From Candidatus Omnitrophota bacterium (GTDB taxonomy: Bacteria; Omnitrophota; Gorgyraeia; Zapsychrales; JANLHA01): 64,000 nucleotides of DNA. The notes below the pieces were generated by a model, which was not told where the DNA came from, ran no database searches, and saw nothing but the letters and a program-made list of their open reading frames with translations. The stretch is taken from the NCBI GenBank assembly GCA_038222225.1, contig JBBRHV010000001.1:13864-77863 (forward strand), read 5' to 3'. The translations under genes were made by a program, and so were the position numbers. Below are positions 24,101 through 39,100 of this stretch, one piece after another (position 1 is the stretch's first letter; each line of letters starts with the position of its first letter).

Positions 24101-27100
24101 CAGCCAAGGGCTTGAAAATTTAAAAACAGACCTAAGGACGGCCGCGAAGGCAGGCTCATTAGGGGATGTCAGGGTAGACGAGATCGATGATGTGGTGAAG
24201 AATTACCGTGAGATCGGAGCTCTCAACGCTTATGGATTGACCTTACCGGGTGTCACAGCGCTTACGGCTGCCGTGGGTATGGCCCAACTTGGAAGAACTT
24301 CGCAAGAACTCTTGGCCGGGTTGAAGAGGGAAGTCGTTCAGGATGTTGCTACCAGAATTGCTTTAAATAATGCCGTGATCGAGCAGCGTGCCGCGGAACA
24401 GGAACGGTATTTTAACGAACATGAACAAGCTCCGACAACACCAGCGTCGGGAGCAGGGGCAGCACCAGGGGCAGCACCAGGGGCAGCACCAGGAGCAGCG
24501 GCAGTGCCAGGAACACCGGCTGCGAATCCAGCAACTCTTTCAGGATCCAATGCAGCAATTCTTCCAGGATCCAGTAAAAAGTTTAATAAAGAGAAGTATT
24601 TGAAGGAACAGGGCTTTATCGATGCGGACAAGCAAGCGGAGATCGTCAGAAGTTATGAACGGTCCTTTGAAGCGCTTGAAGCTAGAACGAATTTGACTGC
24701 TTTGGATATCGCCCAGGCAGCACAAAGTCTTGTGGGTTCTTCGCAGGCAGCGCGTCAGGCATTTAGGCTTGCGATGGATCGTGGCGGATTGCAAGGCGCC
24801 TTACAAGGAGTTACGTATGGTGAGGTGGCAGCATTTTTGCAGGATAGACGATTTGCCGGGACAGAATTCGCGCAATTGGATCAAGACTCCCTCGGGAAGT
24901 TTTTTGGCGACGAAAATCTTTTTGTGGAAGCGGTCCCTGGGCAGCGCGCAGACCGATTGAATCAGGCCGGACAACAGAGGCTGTATGAGGCGATCCTTGG
25001 TTTAGATCAGGGATCTTCACCGGCGCCATCTATGCCGGCTCCCGCAGCAGGCGCCGTTGCTGCACCGGCGGCTGTGACTCCGGAAATGGCTGGCGCACAA
25101 TTACTGCATAGAACGCCTGAGCAAAACGCGCGTATCCAGAAAATCCGTGAGCGGTTAGCAGGCGGAGAGCTCACAGTATACGGAAGCGTTGTCTATGATA
25201 AGGGAACAGGAGGAGCTCTTAGTCCGGAATTTTCCGATGCGGATGGAGCGTATGCTGTATTGATCGATCGTTATGACGGAAAAATTGCTATTGTTGAACA
25301 AAAGGGCGGAACATATCAGATCGATGCTCAGACCAAGATTCTTTTACAGCAGTCACATTATAATCCGAACCAAGAAATTGCCCCTTCTGTTTCAGCGGCC
25401 AAGATGAACACAATATTAGGCCAGAATAAAGTTCATCATCAGCTGGCTGAAGCAAACGCGCTTATCGGCAATATCATACACACACGGATCAGCAAAAAGA
25501 AAACCATTAATCAGGCTGCCGTAGACAAAAACACTGAAGAACTGACAGCCTTATTGGACCAGTTGTTGGAAGCGCAATATGGAGTAGGTCCGGCGAGCGT
25601 TGCGCTTGCCCCATCCGGTCCAGCCCGAACACATGTATTATCAAAATCAAAAGATCCGGCTAAAGATATTGGTGTTAAGTCACAGCCTTTTTCACTGCAA
25701 CTGTCAGGCGTGAGGGTGGGGGTAGCGGGCCAAACAGGGGCGGTCTTCCTTGATCCTTTGATCGAATTGGTCGGCAAGCCCGCTGAGCACGAAAGAGGGT
25801 CGAACACTATTTTTGCCGGGGCCCGCACATTGGGTACAGCTCTCACAGATTTTAAGGATCCGCAGGTTGCCGGCGTTCTCGAGCATGAGGGTGATCATCA
25901 GGACCAGAGATTTGCTTTGAAGCAAGGACAGGCAAGGGGTACTTCGACGGCGTCTCTTGCTAAAGGGATATCTTTGTCGACTAGTTTCTCTTCGAAAATC
26001 ACAAGTCTTGTCGCCCGGATGGGCGGCCGGAGTATTGGAATAGGAGCCCAGCGCTTCGGAAGGCAGATAGGAAGCGCGTATACACATATTTATAATGACC
26101 CGAACGGAAAGCTCCACGCGCAAGGCAGGACAGAAAGCGGTGAAGGCGAGGCTTGGGAAAGGGAAATATCCGGGAAAGTAGATTTGCTGAGGAAAGCAGT
26201 AGACAGTAAAGATTGGCGCAGCGCTCAACGTATGGTGAGAAGCTTGTTGGATGCGAACAGTGTACCGCTGATCCGCAATTTGATGTTGAAACATTCCTAT
26301 CAATGGCGAGAATTGTTGGCAAAAACGCAAGCGGGCACTCTTGGCACAGATTTCGGAATTGTCCAGGTTCCTGGTATGAAGACCGCGGTGGTGGTCTGGC
26401 AGTTTACAGATGGGGAGATAGATGCAGAAACAGGGCGCATAAAAATACAACATCATGCCTTGCCGATCGATGCTTCGGTTATGCAGTTAGCAACACCGGA
26501 AGAAAAGAAGGTAGCGGTCGAGGCGGCCTTGAAACAGATGATTAATGAAAGGGAGCAGCTGGCCGCACGATATAATATGGTGCTGACTGTTTTGGATAAG
26601 GCCCAAAGACAAGGCGTTGAGCTGAGTATGAATCCGGAAACCGGTTTTGCGCTGGGCGCTTTAGCTATGGCGCTCGAAGAGAGTTCAACGACATTGGGGA
26701 ATGCCTTTACGAGCGCCCAAGCAGCCAGCTCAAGCAATAATTTTAACAGTATCAGACAGGAAGAAGGATTGTCTCCTGAGACGCAAGCCCTGCGGGTTGC
26801 GACTGAGATCATGTCCAATTCCCGCCGGATCAATGGCGCCAGTGCCGAATTTACACAACTGGTAGGGCGGGTGGGAGCGCCAGATGAGGTCTTAGAATAT
26901 AATCAGAAGACTGGACGCGGTATTGTTACGAGTAGGTCAGGGGGATTTGAGCTTGTTTCCATCGGCTCAAGCCGTTCATCGGGCCAGATCCGCGATGAAC
27001 GCAGTGCGGTTGATTTTACTGCGCCCTCTGCGACTAAGTATCAGCCTTATGATGAGAGCCGTGCCCGTATTTTTGCTGTTAAGGCTATTCTTTTGGGTGG

Positions 27101-30100
27101 AAATTCCGCGGTTTCGGCAACTCAAGCTGCTCCGGCGCAAGGCGCTCGGGGAGTTCTTATCGGGATTTCAAAAGCTGCCGGAACGGTAATGTCAGCTCTT
27201 TCTTCGGTTGTTTCTTTTTCCTCCACACCGGAGGAATTTGCAAAATATACATTAGGCCGCCAGGCTAATGAAGGAAGCACAACAGCACAAAAGATTTTAG
27301 CAGGTGAGATGCCGCTTCAGTTAAGCGGCACAGCAGCGATTGTTCCGGCCGGATCAGATGCGGCAGTAACCCAGCCGACACCGCGAGCCGCGATCAATGG
27401 AGCATTTAGAGATAGCCAGCCGGTGAATGCGGAACTTTTGGCCGCGTATAATTCAACGGCAGACCGCCCGATCGCGATTCCGCAAAATTATGTTAAGCAG
27501 GGCGAATTTTTAGTTCCTGTAGTAGCAGTTGCAACAACAGGTGCAGCAACATCATTAACCGGCACAGCGGCTGTGTCTACGCCTGTAGCGACATTGCCGG
27601 AAGCAGCGTTACCGCAAGATTTAGGCACGTCGACATCAGTGCAGACATTGCCGGTGCTACCAGTTCTTCAGACGGTTACAACAGGGATGCCGTTAGCCGT
27701 CAATCTGGATGCAATGAAGGTGGAAGACCAGCTGGCGCGCGCACGAATTGAGAATATCACCCAGAGCGGTGATTTAGGGGCAGCTAAGGCCGTGGGCACA
27801 GCTGCATCAAATAAAGAACAACCAACAAGCGTGTCTCAGTCAGCACAAAAACCTTCCGGGCATGGCGGGGTTGAGACACGCACCGTAAATTCAGCGGTGA
27901 TCCTGGATGCGGCGATGAGCGCGAGACCTGATTCCAATCAGGTGCTCGCCACACGCCGTGCAGACGGGACCGTCGTTTCAGTTATAAATCCGAACACGAA
28001 AGCCGTTGAGATCGCCGGAGTGAGCTTGCAGCCTGGCCAGGAAGCGTTGATGGCGCAGGAGCCGGCGACACAAGAGTATAAGGCGATCAAGGTAGAGAGA
28101 AAAGAAGCAGCCGGCCAAACACAGACAGTTGTGAGTGAAGCGGTGACGATCGGAAATATTCAATTAGCCAAGGGAGATCTGGTTGAGTATGCGGATAACG
28201 GAGCGATCAGGATCTTAGATCAGGTAACGCCGCAGATCGTTAAGGCCGAGGTAGCCGGAAGCCTGCGCGGCGATATTCAGCCGAATGCGACCAAGCAGGT
28301 TGCTGTTGAGAAAATCTTTGGTGATTTGAAAGTTATGAAAGCCGATGTGGCTGTTGCGACCGGAGAGACCAAGACGTTGTATGTAGAGCCGACGGCAACA
28401 GTGCAGAAAGCCTTCCCGGGACGTAAGGCAGATTCAAATGGCATGATCCAGCTAAAGGCTGAAGAAGTGGAGGCCGCGTTTAGTTTGGCAAAGACCGGCA
28501 TCATTAATATAGAGAAGACACGCAGAGATCTGAATCAGGCGGTTGTTGTTCAGGCAGAAAATCGCGGAGAGATTAAGGTTTTAGCACAGGCCCCGAAGGT
28601 TTATCAGCAGGCAGTTGAAGCAGCGCGTGAGGATTTACGAAGCCAGTTGCGGATCGCGCAGGCCAAGGCACAGGACAGCAAGGGCGAAGAAGAGAAAGCA
28701 CAATTTGAAACACAGGTCAGTCAGATTGCCAGTGAATTAACTTTGTTACGCGATGAGAATGTTGTTGTCTTAGATGCCCCGCAAGCACAAGTTCAAGCAT
28801 ACCGCAGTGAAGCCAAAGCCACACAATTAAAACCCGAACAAGCCGTTGCTGTTGATCTTGCGTTAAATGAACGCGTGGAAGGCGGTTTTGTGGATAACAC
28901 AGGCCGTGTTGTTGTGTTTGCTGACACAGCAGAGCGGAATTTTGATTTTGCGGTCAAAACAGAGCAGGTGAATTTGATCCAGCAGAGTGTCGCGAAACGG
29001 GTGGCGGAGACAGTTAAACATGAAGTGGCAGCGGCAGCAAATCAATATGAAACAGATGCGGCCAATATTGAAGGAACGCGGACACGGATCGCGACATTAG
29101 CTCTTCCGACGCAGGCGAGCCTGACAGGGCGCGAAGGCGATAAGACCGAGGTGGCAGACGCTTCCAGCATCACCGCTCTGTTAAGCGGACAGACACATGA
29201 GATCAGTACGCCGGTTCAAGCAACAGCGCAAGCGATTGGGACTGCCGGCGCTCCGGCGGTTCAGAACAGAACTGTGAAAGCCATGAAAGATTTAGGCGAA
29301 GCAGAAGCCGGAAAAGTTTTTGCGCAGATCAAAACGCTTAATGAAAATCTGACGGCTGAGGGCGTCTCTGGCTTTGAAAATATGGCCCAGAATATTGAGG
29401 GCTGGGATTGGATGGATAGGGTTAAAAACCAAGGGTTTAATTTTGTTTCCAGAGATCAGCAAGGGAATCTGCGCGGCTACATGGTGGCTGCGCCGGTTCA
29501 GGATATCAGTGCGGAAAAAGGGATTGAAGATTATGTTTGGATTAACTTGTTTGCTGTGGATAAAGATGTCCGCGGACAAGGCGATGCCAATCAATTGATG
29601 ATGGAAGTGGCCCAGCGTGCCGCAAACCAAGGCATTCCTGAGATCCGCTTGGGTGTCTTCAATGATAATCCTGCCGCACGAAAAGTATATGAACAGCGTT
29701 ATGGTTTTTCGCCTTTGAGGGAAAATGAAAATAATGGATGGGATCTTAAGGTTCAGACCAAAGATTTGTTGGCCACAACACAAAGCCTAGTTGCTCAGCA
29801 GAGCGTTGCAAACCAGACAGCGGTATCGGTTCAAGTGGCAACAATGGCAGCAGCGCCAGCCACGAATGCGGCAACACTGAGCGCACCGGAAATGTCACGG
29901 CTGCCGTTTCAGACGGTTGATGCGTATCGTGTTGATCGCGGCATTGTTGTTGTGGATGGAACGCCCTGGGAGAGTGTTTTAGGGGGCGCTTCAACGATTC
30001 AAACGAATGCCGCGGTTCTTCAAGCAGCAAAAGTTGCAGAGGAGTTCGAAGGAAAAGCGATTGAGTTTGCCGATTCTCAGGGGCTTGTCAGGAGGTTTGT

Positions 30101-33100
30101 TGTTCGGGCGCAAACACAGAGCATGACCAGTCCGGATCAAAAGGGTCTTGTGAATATTCGTTTGGAAGATGAATCCGGACGAAACACAGAAAGCCCGGTC
30201 ATGACTGTCTATGTGGAGCCCAACGGAAGGCTTCAGGTCAGCTCTGATTTGATCAATGCCAATGAAGACACGCTTGATGATTTAGGAACGCGCTTAGCAG
30301 TTGTTGGTGAAGGCGCAGGCCGCCAGGTTCAGTTTATGACTTCAACCGGCGAAGTGAAGACTGTTGTTGAAAAGGCAGATCAGGAGTTGGCGGACAACGA
30401 AATCAATGTTTCGGGTGTTATTGGAGAAACAAAAATAGGGCGTCTTAATAATGCCATGGGATTTGACCGGTTTGAGATTGTGAGCAGCGACGGCACACAA
30501 AGCGGAATTGGCGCGTTTGAGAGGATTGTTTCAGAAAATAATCAGAGCGCAGTTACGGCAAGCTCAAAGGCCACATTTAAATTAAGAGCGGAAAAAACGG
30601 ATTCGTCAGATTCCCGTATGGTTCCGCAAGTGGTTGCGCCGGCAGAAACACAACAAACAGATAATGCCAGGATCAATTACCGTTATCCGAAATCAGTGTC
30701 CGCAGGATTCGGTCGCGTTCAAACTTTTGCAGCGAAAGAAAAAATTTCTTTGGCAGCTCATCAAGCCAATAGCGGTGAGGGCGATTTTAAACAAGTGCAT
30801 GTTATTGCATCTGATGCGGCAGATCCGAGAATGCAGGCAGAAATGATGGCGCGTGCAGCACAGGCGGCAACGACCAATTCCGCTGTTTTGGTGTTTGACG
30901 CTACAGATACCGAATCTCCGTTCAAGGCTGTCGAGATTCAAAACGGAGAAGTTCGTTACCGCAATGTTCAGCCAAACGAGATTGAGAGCGGGACAGTGGT
31001 CGTCGCTAATCCTCGTTTGAACGTCGCTGCAGCATTCAAGCCTTCTCTTGAGGCAACGCGCCGCTTGGTGAAGCAGGGGAATGTCATTATTGATCCGGAT
31101 GTCTTTTCAGTTGAATATGATGCGGCTGGTGGAACGCAGCTAACAACAGGATCTGTGGTTGAAATTTCCGCGCTCGAATCATCCAAAATGCATGCGGCAA
31201 GCATTCCTCCGGCACAGGCCCGTTTGATGAAGCGCGTCCGTATTGTTTTAAATGTTGAGAATGGGACCATCTTTTCACGCGAGGCTTTTGTTGATTCTCG
31301 CATTAGCCAATATCAACCGCAGGAACAGCAGAATTTTAAAGATGTGATCTTTGTTTTAGCGCAGGAAAATGCGTTCGATTATGTTCAGATTGATGATTCC
31401 AGCGCCAGCAGCATGCGGACTGAAATCATCCACACTTCTGACGGGTTCAATGTCCTTGTGATCGGCGCTGGTTATGCAAGAACGGACATGAATTTGATTC
31501 AGGATATTGGTAAGGAAGCTGATAAAGATCAAGGGTTTGTTGCACGGGCCGTAAGCGGCGCGTCCGATTGGCTGACACGCATCAAACCGTCCACGGTCCG
31601 GAGTGAAAGAACCGCGGCGGATATTATGGCACGCCGTCAAAATTTAACGATGAATCAAGCTCCGCTCATATCAAAGAAGGAAGCAGCGGCTATGGTTGGG
31701 TCAGGGCAAATTCCCAGTTGGAAACAGGCCGTTGCGAATTTAGACGCGGAAAGGCCAACGACAGGGACCGGCCGAATCACGAATATTGCATCAGATCTCA
31801 AGGCGGCGACGCAAGCTAATTCTGCGGCTTTGAAGTCTTCTCAGAATGATATGCCGGCGGCAATCTCCACGAATGCGGCATCATTAAACACAGGCGCTGA
31901 TCAAGCGGAACGTTCAAGCAATCCAGAAATAGGCACCAATGCCGCTATAACGAGGGATCAGACGCCTCAATTCAGTTATACTCCGGGCGCGGCATTAGAA
32001 GATGAGACGCTCAGCGGGACACTGGATTCCGGCATATTGAGGTTTGATTCAGGCAAAGCCATATTGCCTGTTAATGGCGGTGACCAGAATGACATTTTCG
32101 AGGTCGCTCCAAATGAGATTGTCCGGGTAGCGCATGTTGCCAATCGCGAATATTCTGAAGCTCAGATCAAAACATTAGAGCGGGCACAGGAAGCAGGCAT
32201 TGTCCCCGCTATTACTGAGATCGGACGGGTTTCCGGACGGCAAGGCACATGGCATCAATATGCCCGTTTGGCTAAAGTCTCTGGGGATAATCTCATGATC
32301 TCGGTTTTAGATGAAAACCGCCAGCTGACAGATGAGGAAGCGGATAAGGTGATCCGTTTTGTAGATAAAGGCATCGATGCAGGATATATTTTTGAATTTA
32401 AACCGTCTTCTCTTATGACAGCGGCCAATGGCGAATATGTGACGGTTGATGTTGATCCGATTGAGGTTTCTGCGCAGACACCGCAACGAGAAGCAGCCGA
32501 AATATATTTAGATCTTTACCGCCAGAAGTCATCCTGGAGAGTGATGGATCCGCAGGGTCGCATCGGTGCGCATTTAGAAAAACGCGTACAGCTGCAGCAG
32601 GCCAATGCGGGTAGCGGCGATTCTTCGAGCGGCGTTAATTCAGCTGTGTTAAGTGATCAAAAGCGGCCGTCTATTGAGGCTATCCCAACGCGCGGTCAGA
32701 ATGTCCTGGATTTGATCAAGAGAGCAGCAGATCAAGTGAATTGGCTGAAGGTTAGATTAACGGCTTCTGACAGATCAGACCGGGCTGTTGAGCGTGCTCA
32801 GGATAGAAGAGAGCAAGGCGTTAAACGGGCAGCGACAAGGACAGCTGTTCCATCCACAAATGCAGCAGGAAAGACAATACAGCGTCCGTCTAAAGTTGGT
32901 TCAGTTGTTGTCGGGATCGCCACCAGCACAAAGAATCCGATGGATGCAGAGGCATGGCGACCATTTATGGAAGGGAAGATTAAAGCCGGAGATCAGGCCG
33001 CGATTGCTGAATATGTCGGGTTGTTTTTATCTGGGGATGCCAATTGGGTAGAGTTCCGTCGACTTGTTGAAGAAAGTGAAGCCGCGATAGCAAGAGGAGA

Positions 33101-36100
33101 TACAAACGGAGCTGTTCTGTCTCAGGAGACTGTAGATATTTGGGCTCCGGTTTTAGCGCAAGTCCGTGTTAAAGAAGCGGAGTTGGCTCAGCAGGGGGGA
33201 ACCAGCGCGACCGTTTTGGGCAGCTCAGCATTGGCCCGTAGTGTCCAGTCATTGTTAACGGTCGGCATGCTCGTTCAGGGTATCTCCGGGTTTAATGTTG
33301 GCGCCGCAGAGGCCATTTCTGATTCAGTGAAAGTAGAAATGGCCGCAGATGCCCGTTTAAGAGACGAACTCCAGCGCGCGATGCAGGAGTTTGACAAAAT
33401 TGAACAAAAATATTCGCTTAAACGTGAATTTAAGCCAGGCCTACATATTATTGGTGATTACGATGATGCAAGGCCAACGCTAATCTTGATTCATGGTGGA
33501 TTCTCGAAACCGGATGCGTTCGAGAGATTTGCACCATACTTTAGAGAACAATTCAACATTGTTGTCTTTTCGTATAGCTCCGCGGATCGATTGGAACGTA
33601 CTGGAGAGATCTTCCGGGCAGATTATGAGAGAATGTTTAAAGGAAGTCGTTCGAAGAAGATTATTGTTACGCATTCATTCGGTAGTACGGCCTTTATGAG
33701 AACAATGCTCGATGCAAGCCCTGAATTTAAAGCCCAATTAAAGAAGACCGCTAAGGTGTTTATGTTGTCTCCGGCGTTCTTCGGATCTGCCCGTGTAGGA
33801 ATTGGCGGCAACTGGGTTGTTCAAGGCCAATTATGGCTGGGTTCGCTTGGTGGAGCGTTCGACTTTATGGAAGCGACGCGCAGACAGGCGCGATATAACG
33901 ATCCAAAGGGCAAGACTACGGCAGAATTATATAAACGATATCAAGAATTTAAGGATCTGTTTGATCAAGAAGTGGAAGTGATCGCTTTAACGAACGATTC
34001 TCATGCTCCGAAACGTCAGGAAAGTATTTTAGGTCAACGGTATCAGGAGATTATTGTTGAGGGCGGAACACTGTTACCGGCTGAAACAGATGTTGGACAT
34101 TCTGAGATCCTGCGTCGTAGAGATGTAGCAGAGACGATTATTAAGAAGGCTTTAGAAGATGATGCGAAGGGCGCCACCAATCCAGCTGTTTTGTCTGCTG
34201 ATACAAGGGCTCAGGAAGAAGGAGAACGCGGAATTGAAGTAGAGTTGCCTAATCTTCCGCAGCCGGATATAAATCCAACAATTCTGCCTGACACATCAAG
34301 TCAGCCGTTGCCGATTCAGCTTAATCCGGGCATGTTGCCGATCTATATATTAGGGAAAGCAGACACGTCAAGGCCGGTTCCGTTTGGACGGGATAGTGAA
34401 AGAGACTCTAAACAAACGCCTGTCATTCCTGCTACCGGAAGCCAGTTGCCGCTTCCTCTTATACCGGCAGATGGCGGAACTCCGGGTTCTGGTCCTTCGG
34501 GTACAGGATCAAGGGCCAATTCAACAGCATTTGTGGTCTTAGCGCGCAATATTTTGCCTTCTTCTAAGGACGAAGTGCGTATTGCACCCAATAATTTGAG
34601 TCAAACTCAAGGAGATTTTGAGATAACAGATATTCGAATGGCCAGTCGCAAGAATTGGACTGGTACCGGACTTAGTCCAACGGCAAGGGCATCTGCCGAC
34701 CACTCCACAGTGGTTCAGGCAGACGGAGTAGTAGAGTGGATCAGACTTACAGTTGGGACTGTTGTAGAAGTAGTGGTATTTGACAATGTGGCTAACTTGT
34801 TGAGCAACACTAGCTTAAGTGAAGTGGCGCTTGACGAGGGAGAAGCAGGTGTGTGGACTGTGCGCCTCGGCGCGAACCGCACGCGAGCAGTAGAAGGATA
34901 CGTTGTAGACGTAGAAGTAGTGGTAGCTGTAGAAGCAGAAGCACAAAGTGTGACTGACGGATTGAACTCGGCTATCTTAGGTGGCGTAACGACAGATAAG
35001 GGAGAAACAGAAGCACAGTCTGTACGCGCGAGCGTAGAAAATGTGCAACGTACTGGAATAGTTGTAAGCAACAGAAGCAGCAGTAGTATTAGAGGGAATC
35101 GTTCTTTGAGGGGTCATGATATCGCAGGTCGCGGCATTCTGGTTGTTGCTATTCAGTCTCGGGCTCTGCTTGAGGCCGGAGAAGGCATCTTGAATGTAGT
35201 AAGCGGCTTAGGTACCAAGATCCTGGTTAGTGCAGCTAAGATGGGCAGCAATGTTGTAACAGGTGTCAAACAGGGTTCTAGGAGTGTGGGTTCTGGTAAC
35301 AGAGCAGAGCATTCTAGTCCAGTTGTGATACCTAGAGTTCTTGGAGTACGTACTGGTAGCTCACGCAGTGTCAGTCGTAGATCCGGGAATCGAAATGCCG
35401 AACGTCATAACAGCAAGGTCTTTGGCCGCGCTGTCAGCCGTTTGGTGCGAAGCAGAAGTATTAGAAACATTATTGGAACAGCTGTAAGAAGTAGACGTAT
35501 TCGCTCTGTAGTAAGCCATAGTCGTGAGTCAGGCAGTTCTGCTGAGGGTGAATCCGCTGGATCTGATGCGGATGCTGATGCAGATGGTTCGCGAAGTGTG
35601 GATCAAATTAGTGGAAGTCATGTTGTAGAAGGAAATCGTTCTGTCATCAGTTTAGTAAGTGCGAGCCAAGAAGGAGAAGTGGCTCAAAATGAAGGTTATA
35701 GAGTGCGAAGCCTTCAGAGTATAACCGCCGAATCGAATGCTGCAACACTGGCAAGAGATCAAGCGGCTTCTAGCATTGATGAGAATAGTGTACGAAGAGA
35801 AGTTGTAGAAGGAAATCGCTCTGTCATCAGTTCAGTAAGTGCGGGCCAAGAAGGAGAATTGGCCCAAAATGCAGTTTATGAGGTGCGAAAACTGCGAAAT
35901 GTAACCGCCGAATCGAATGCTGTAACACTGGCAAAAGATCAAGCGGCTTCTGCTGTTACTGGTGATCACAATGTAGACGTCAATCGCTTGCAAGGTGTAG
36001 AAGGTGTAGGCGCTGTATATAGTGAAGTAGGAAGCTCACAGCTCGCAAGAGCTGATTCTGATAATCTTGGGTTGCGCAAAGAAGGAAGAGCGACTCAGGC

Positions 36101-39100
36101 TCGAGCCGTTTCTACCACAAGTAGTCCGGTTGCAACGACAGCTGGAACAGACTTCGGAGGAAGTGTAAAGAGAAGTCAGTTCTGGGTTTCTGACCGTGCG
36201 GCCGGATCCAATGTTAAAGCACGCATCATCCTGACCAGGATGACAGGTGCCTTGAGTACGTTTATCCTCACAATACTCAAAGGCGCTCAATCTATTCGTG
36301 CGCCGAACTTCGTTAATCCAACAGCATATATTAACTTTATGAAGAGCCTGATCGAGGGCGGTCTTTCTGCTGTCCAGACTGCCTATGATCAGGCTTCTTC
36401 ATTAATCAAAGGAGGGTCGCTATGGTTCTCGTTAACACACAACCAGATGTTGAATTCAAGTATTTCCTTGAAGTCCCAAAATCGCGCTGTACCTTCTGTT
36501 CAGGCCGCGAACGTACCAGTGGCAAGACAAAGCTTTATCTTGTCTTCCATGAACACCAACGCGTCTACACTCGCAACGGGCTCAGAGGAACCTGGGAAGA
36601 GCTCGAATCAGGAACCGGCAGACAGCTCAGAAACATCCTCAATGAAGCCTACACAGACGTCAGCATCCCGCGCTACAGTTCAGACAGGTATCAATCGCTC
36701 GTTAATTAAAGGAAAGCTGCTGGCCGTGGCGGCGTTATTTGTCTTTGCTCCAGCCACGGCCGTGGCTGGACCTGTTGTAGCAGCTGGGGCTGGAACAGCC
36801 GCAGTCGTAGCCGTTTCTTTGAGCACGCTTATTATTTTTGATGTCATTATTATAATTGGCATTGGCACTGGGTTCTTCCTGCTGTATCAGCTTGCGAAAA
36901 AGAATAATACTTCGTTTAGGGCGTATCTCAACACACCTCAAGTGAAAAAGGCTTTAGGGACTATTGCGGTAGGCGCTTTATTAAGTATTGTGCTCGCGCC
37001 TAAGCTGGTACTGCTTGTTGCCCCGGCATTAGGCGCAATGATCATCGGAGTTATCGGTTCATATTGGTTTGCGGCCGTTAACGGTATCTTGGCCGCGGTC
37101 TTCATGGCCATGAGCTTGAAGAGCGGAAAGCATCAAACTCAGTTCAAGGCCGCGGCTGCCTTCTTTGCCTTGATCGGATTAGCTAGCGCCTTGGCTGTTC
37201 TGCATGCGGCAGGCCTGGTGACGGGTGTGATCGTGGTGCTCTTTGGGTTTACTTTTGTAACCCTAGCGGTTTACCTCAAGGCAAACTTGTTTGGCGGCAT
37301 GCCGAAATTACCCGAGGCCGTTCAATTCCTGGAATCTTTGATTAGTCAGCTGGGAGAAACCGATAGATTGGCCATCAAAATTCGAACGGTACTCGACAGC
37401 AATGACCGCAAACAAATTCAGCGTCTGGCCAAGAGATTGCGCACCAGCCATTATAAAGCCTCGCAAAGCGATATCTATGCAAATCAGGAGAAGGGCGTTC
37501 ATGCGAAATTGAATGATTTCTTCAGCAAAATTCAGCAGATCGGTACGGCCCGCGAAATTTTAGAAGCATTCAACGATGTCTACAAAGTCATCAGCCAGAT
37601 CCATCCGTTGTTACCGCGAAATATGTTGCTTAAGGTCCTGGTCGCCGGACCGGTGTATCTGGTAGCAGCAGTCGTAGCCGTGATGTATTTCTTCGGCAAG
37701 GCGTTATATCTTTTCGTGGTTCGCATTGAGAATCTGATTAAGTTTATGCGCGATATGCAGGAAAGCAAAGTTACTCCTATCCCGGTCCTGGTTGAGTCGG
37801 CATTACTCCAGATTGAGAATAAAGGATTCTGGCATAAACAGAACGAAGATTTGAATGATTATAAATTCCAGCATCCGTTTATTTACAATATTATCTCCTT
37901 TGCACGAGGCCGTTTGTGGTTGCGTATTTTGTCAGGCACGGTGGTTGTCGTTGGCGTGAAGTTCTTATTTGGCGCGGTCAGCGCGCCGTTATTTGTGGTC
38001 GTGCTGGTCCTCATTGGCCATTCCTTACTCTTGAATATGGCCATGCAGTTGCCGCGTCAGGCACGAAAAATTGTTAACCGGGTGTTCGTTGATTACTTCG
38101 AAGCCAACAGCGAGTTGCGTGACAAACGAGGCGTTCCGACCATGTCGTTGGAGCGTATTTTAGCCGCAGCTGCCGATAACCATATTGATTTGGACCACTG
38201 GAAAGAGGATGAACGTATTATTGCGGCTTATAAGTCCGGCTATCTGTACGCCGAGACTGCGGGATCTCTTCTCAAGGATTTGGAAGCAGTATATGGCAGA
38301 GCCAGTCTGGGTAACCGTGCGATCCGCTTGCTTCTCCTGTATCCGGCGGCCATTGGGTTGTTCTTTATCAATTTGATCGTGCCGTTTGGTCTGATCGCTA
38401 AAGGGCTGAAAATTAATGCTAAAAATAAACGGCTGTTGGCGGTGGCGCAACAACTCGGGTCATTAAAGATGACCTTCTACTCCGGCTTGGTCGGCCTGCT
38501 TGCCATCAACTGGGAAATCAAGTGGGCGGTTGACCTATCCGAAATGATTGGCGGACCGACCGAAACGATCGTCACCACTTTTGAAGGACGCAATGACGAC
38601 CGCAGCGGAAGCCTTTTGAATTTAGGCGATTCGATGGTGAAGGGCGCGGAAGATTGGGCTAATAGCGAGCGTACTGAAAATCAGCGAATCGGGCTTGATT
38701 CCGTTGAGAAAGCCTTTGACAGATTTATGGGGCTCGAGTCAAAAACAGCAGCAGCTCCTGCGGATGCAGCAAAGACAGCTTCCGAGCCGGCTAAAACAGC
38801 AGCAGCTCCTGCAGATGCAGCAAAGACAGCTTCCGAGCCGGTCAAAACAGCAGCAGCTCCTGCAGATGCGGCCAAGAAAGCGAATGCTCAGGGCACAATA
38901 AAAGAAGAGGAGATTGTCAAAATTGATGAAGAGAGATTAACAAAGGCCTTATTGCGGGGGTCTCCGATAGGCACGGCTGAGATCTGGAAGAATTTCACAC
39001 ATCCAGATGAGGTTGCTTTAGTCATTGTGGCTTTGGCGGATGAGCAAAGCAGTTTAAATGTTCGTAAAGTCAGCATGGCAGCGGATAACGGCAGCGGCTT

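Noticed and set aside
24450-24500. CRISPR-like appearance of short tandem repeats (12-bp and 51-bp units).
   Set aside because: The repeats are in frame, lack unique spacers, and encode low-complexity peptide linkers (GAAP; KTAAAPADAAKTASEPA). They are not CRISPR arrays.
25704-26456. 250-aa minus-strand ORF and the overlapping 107-aa ORF (25999-26322).
   Set aside because: They are antisense to the continuous sense frame of the giant ORF. No start or RBS context is present, and the composition is that of the mirror frame of a coding region.
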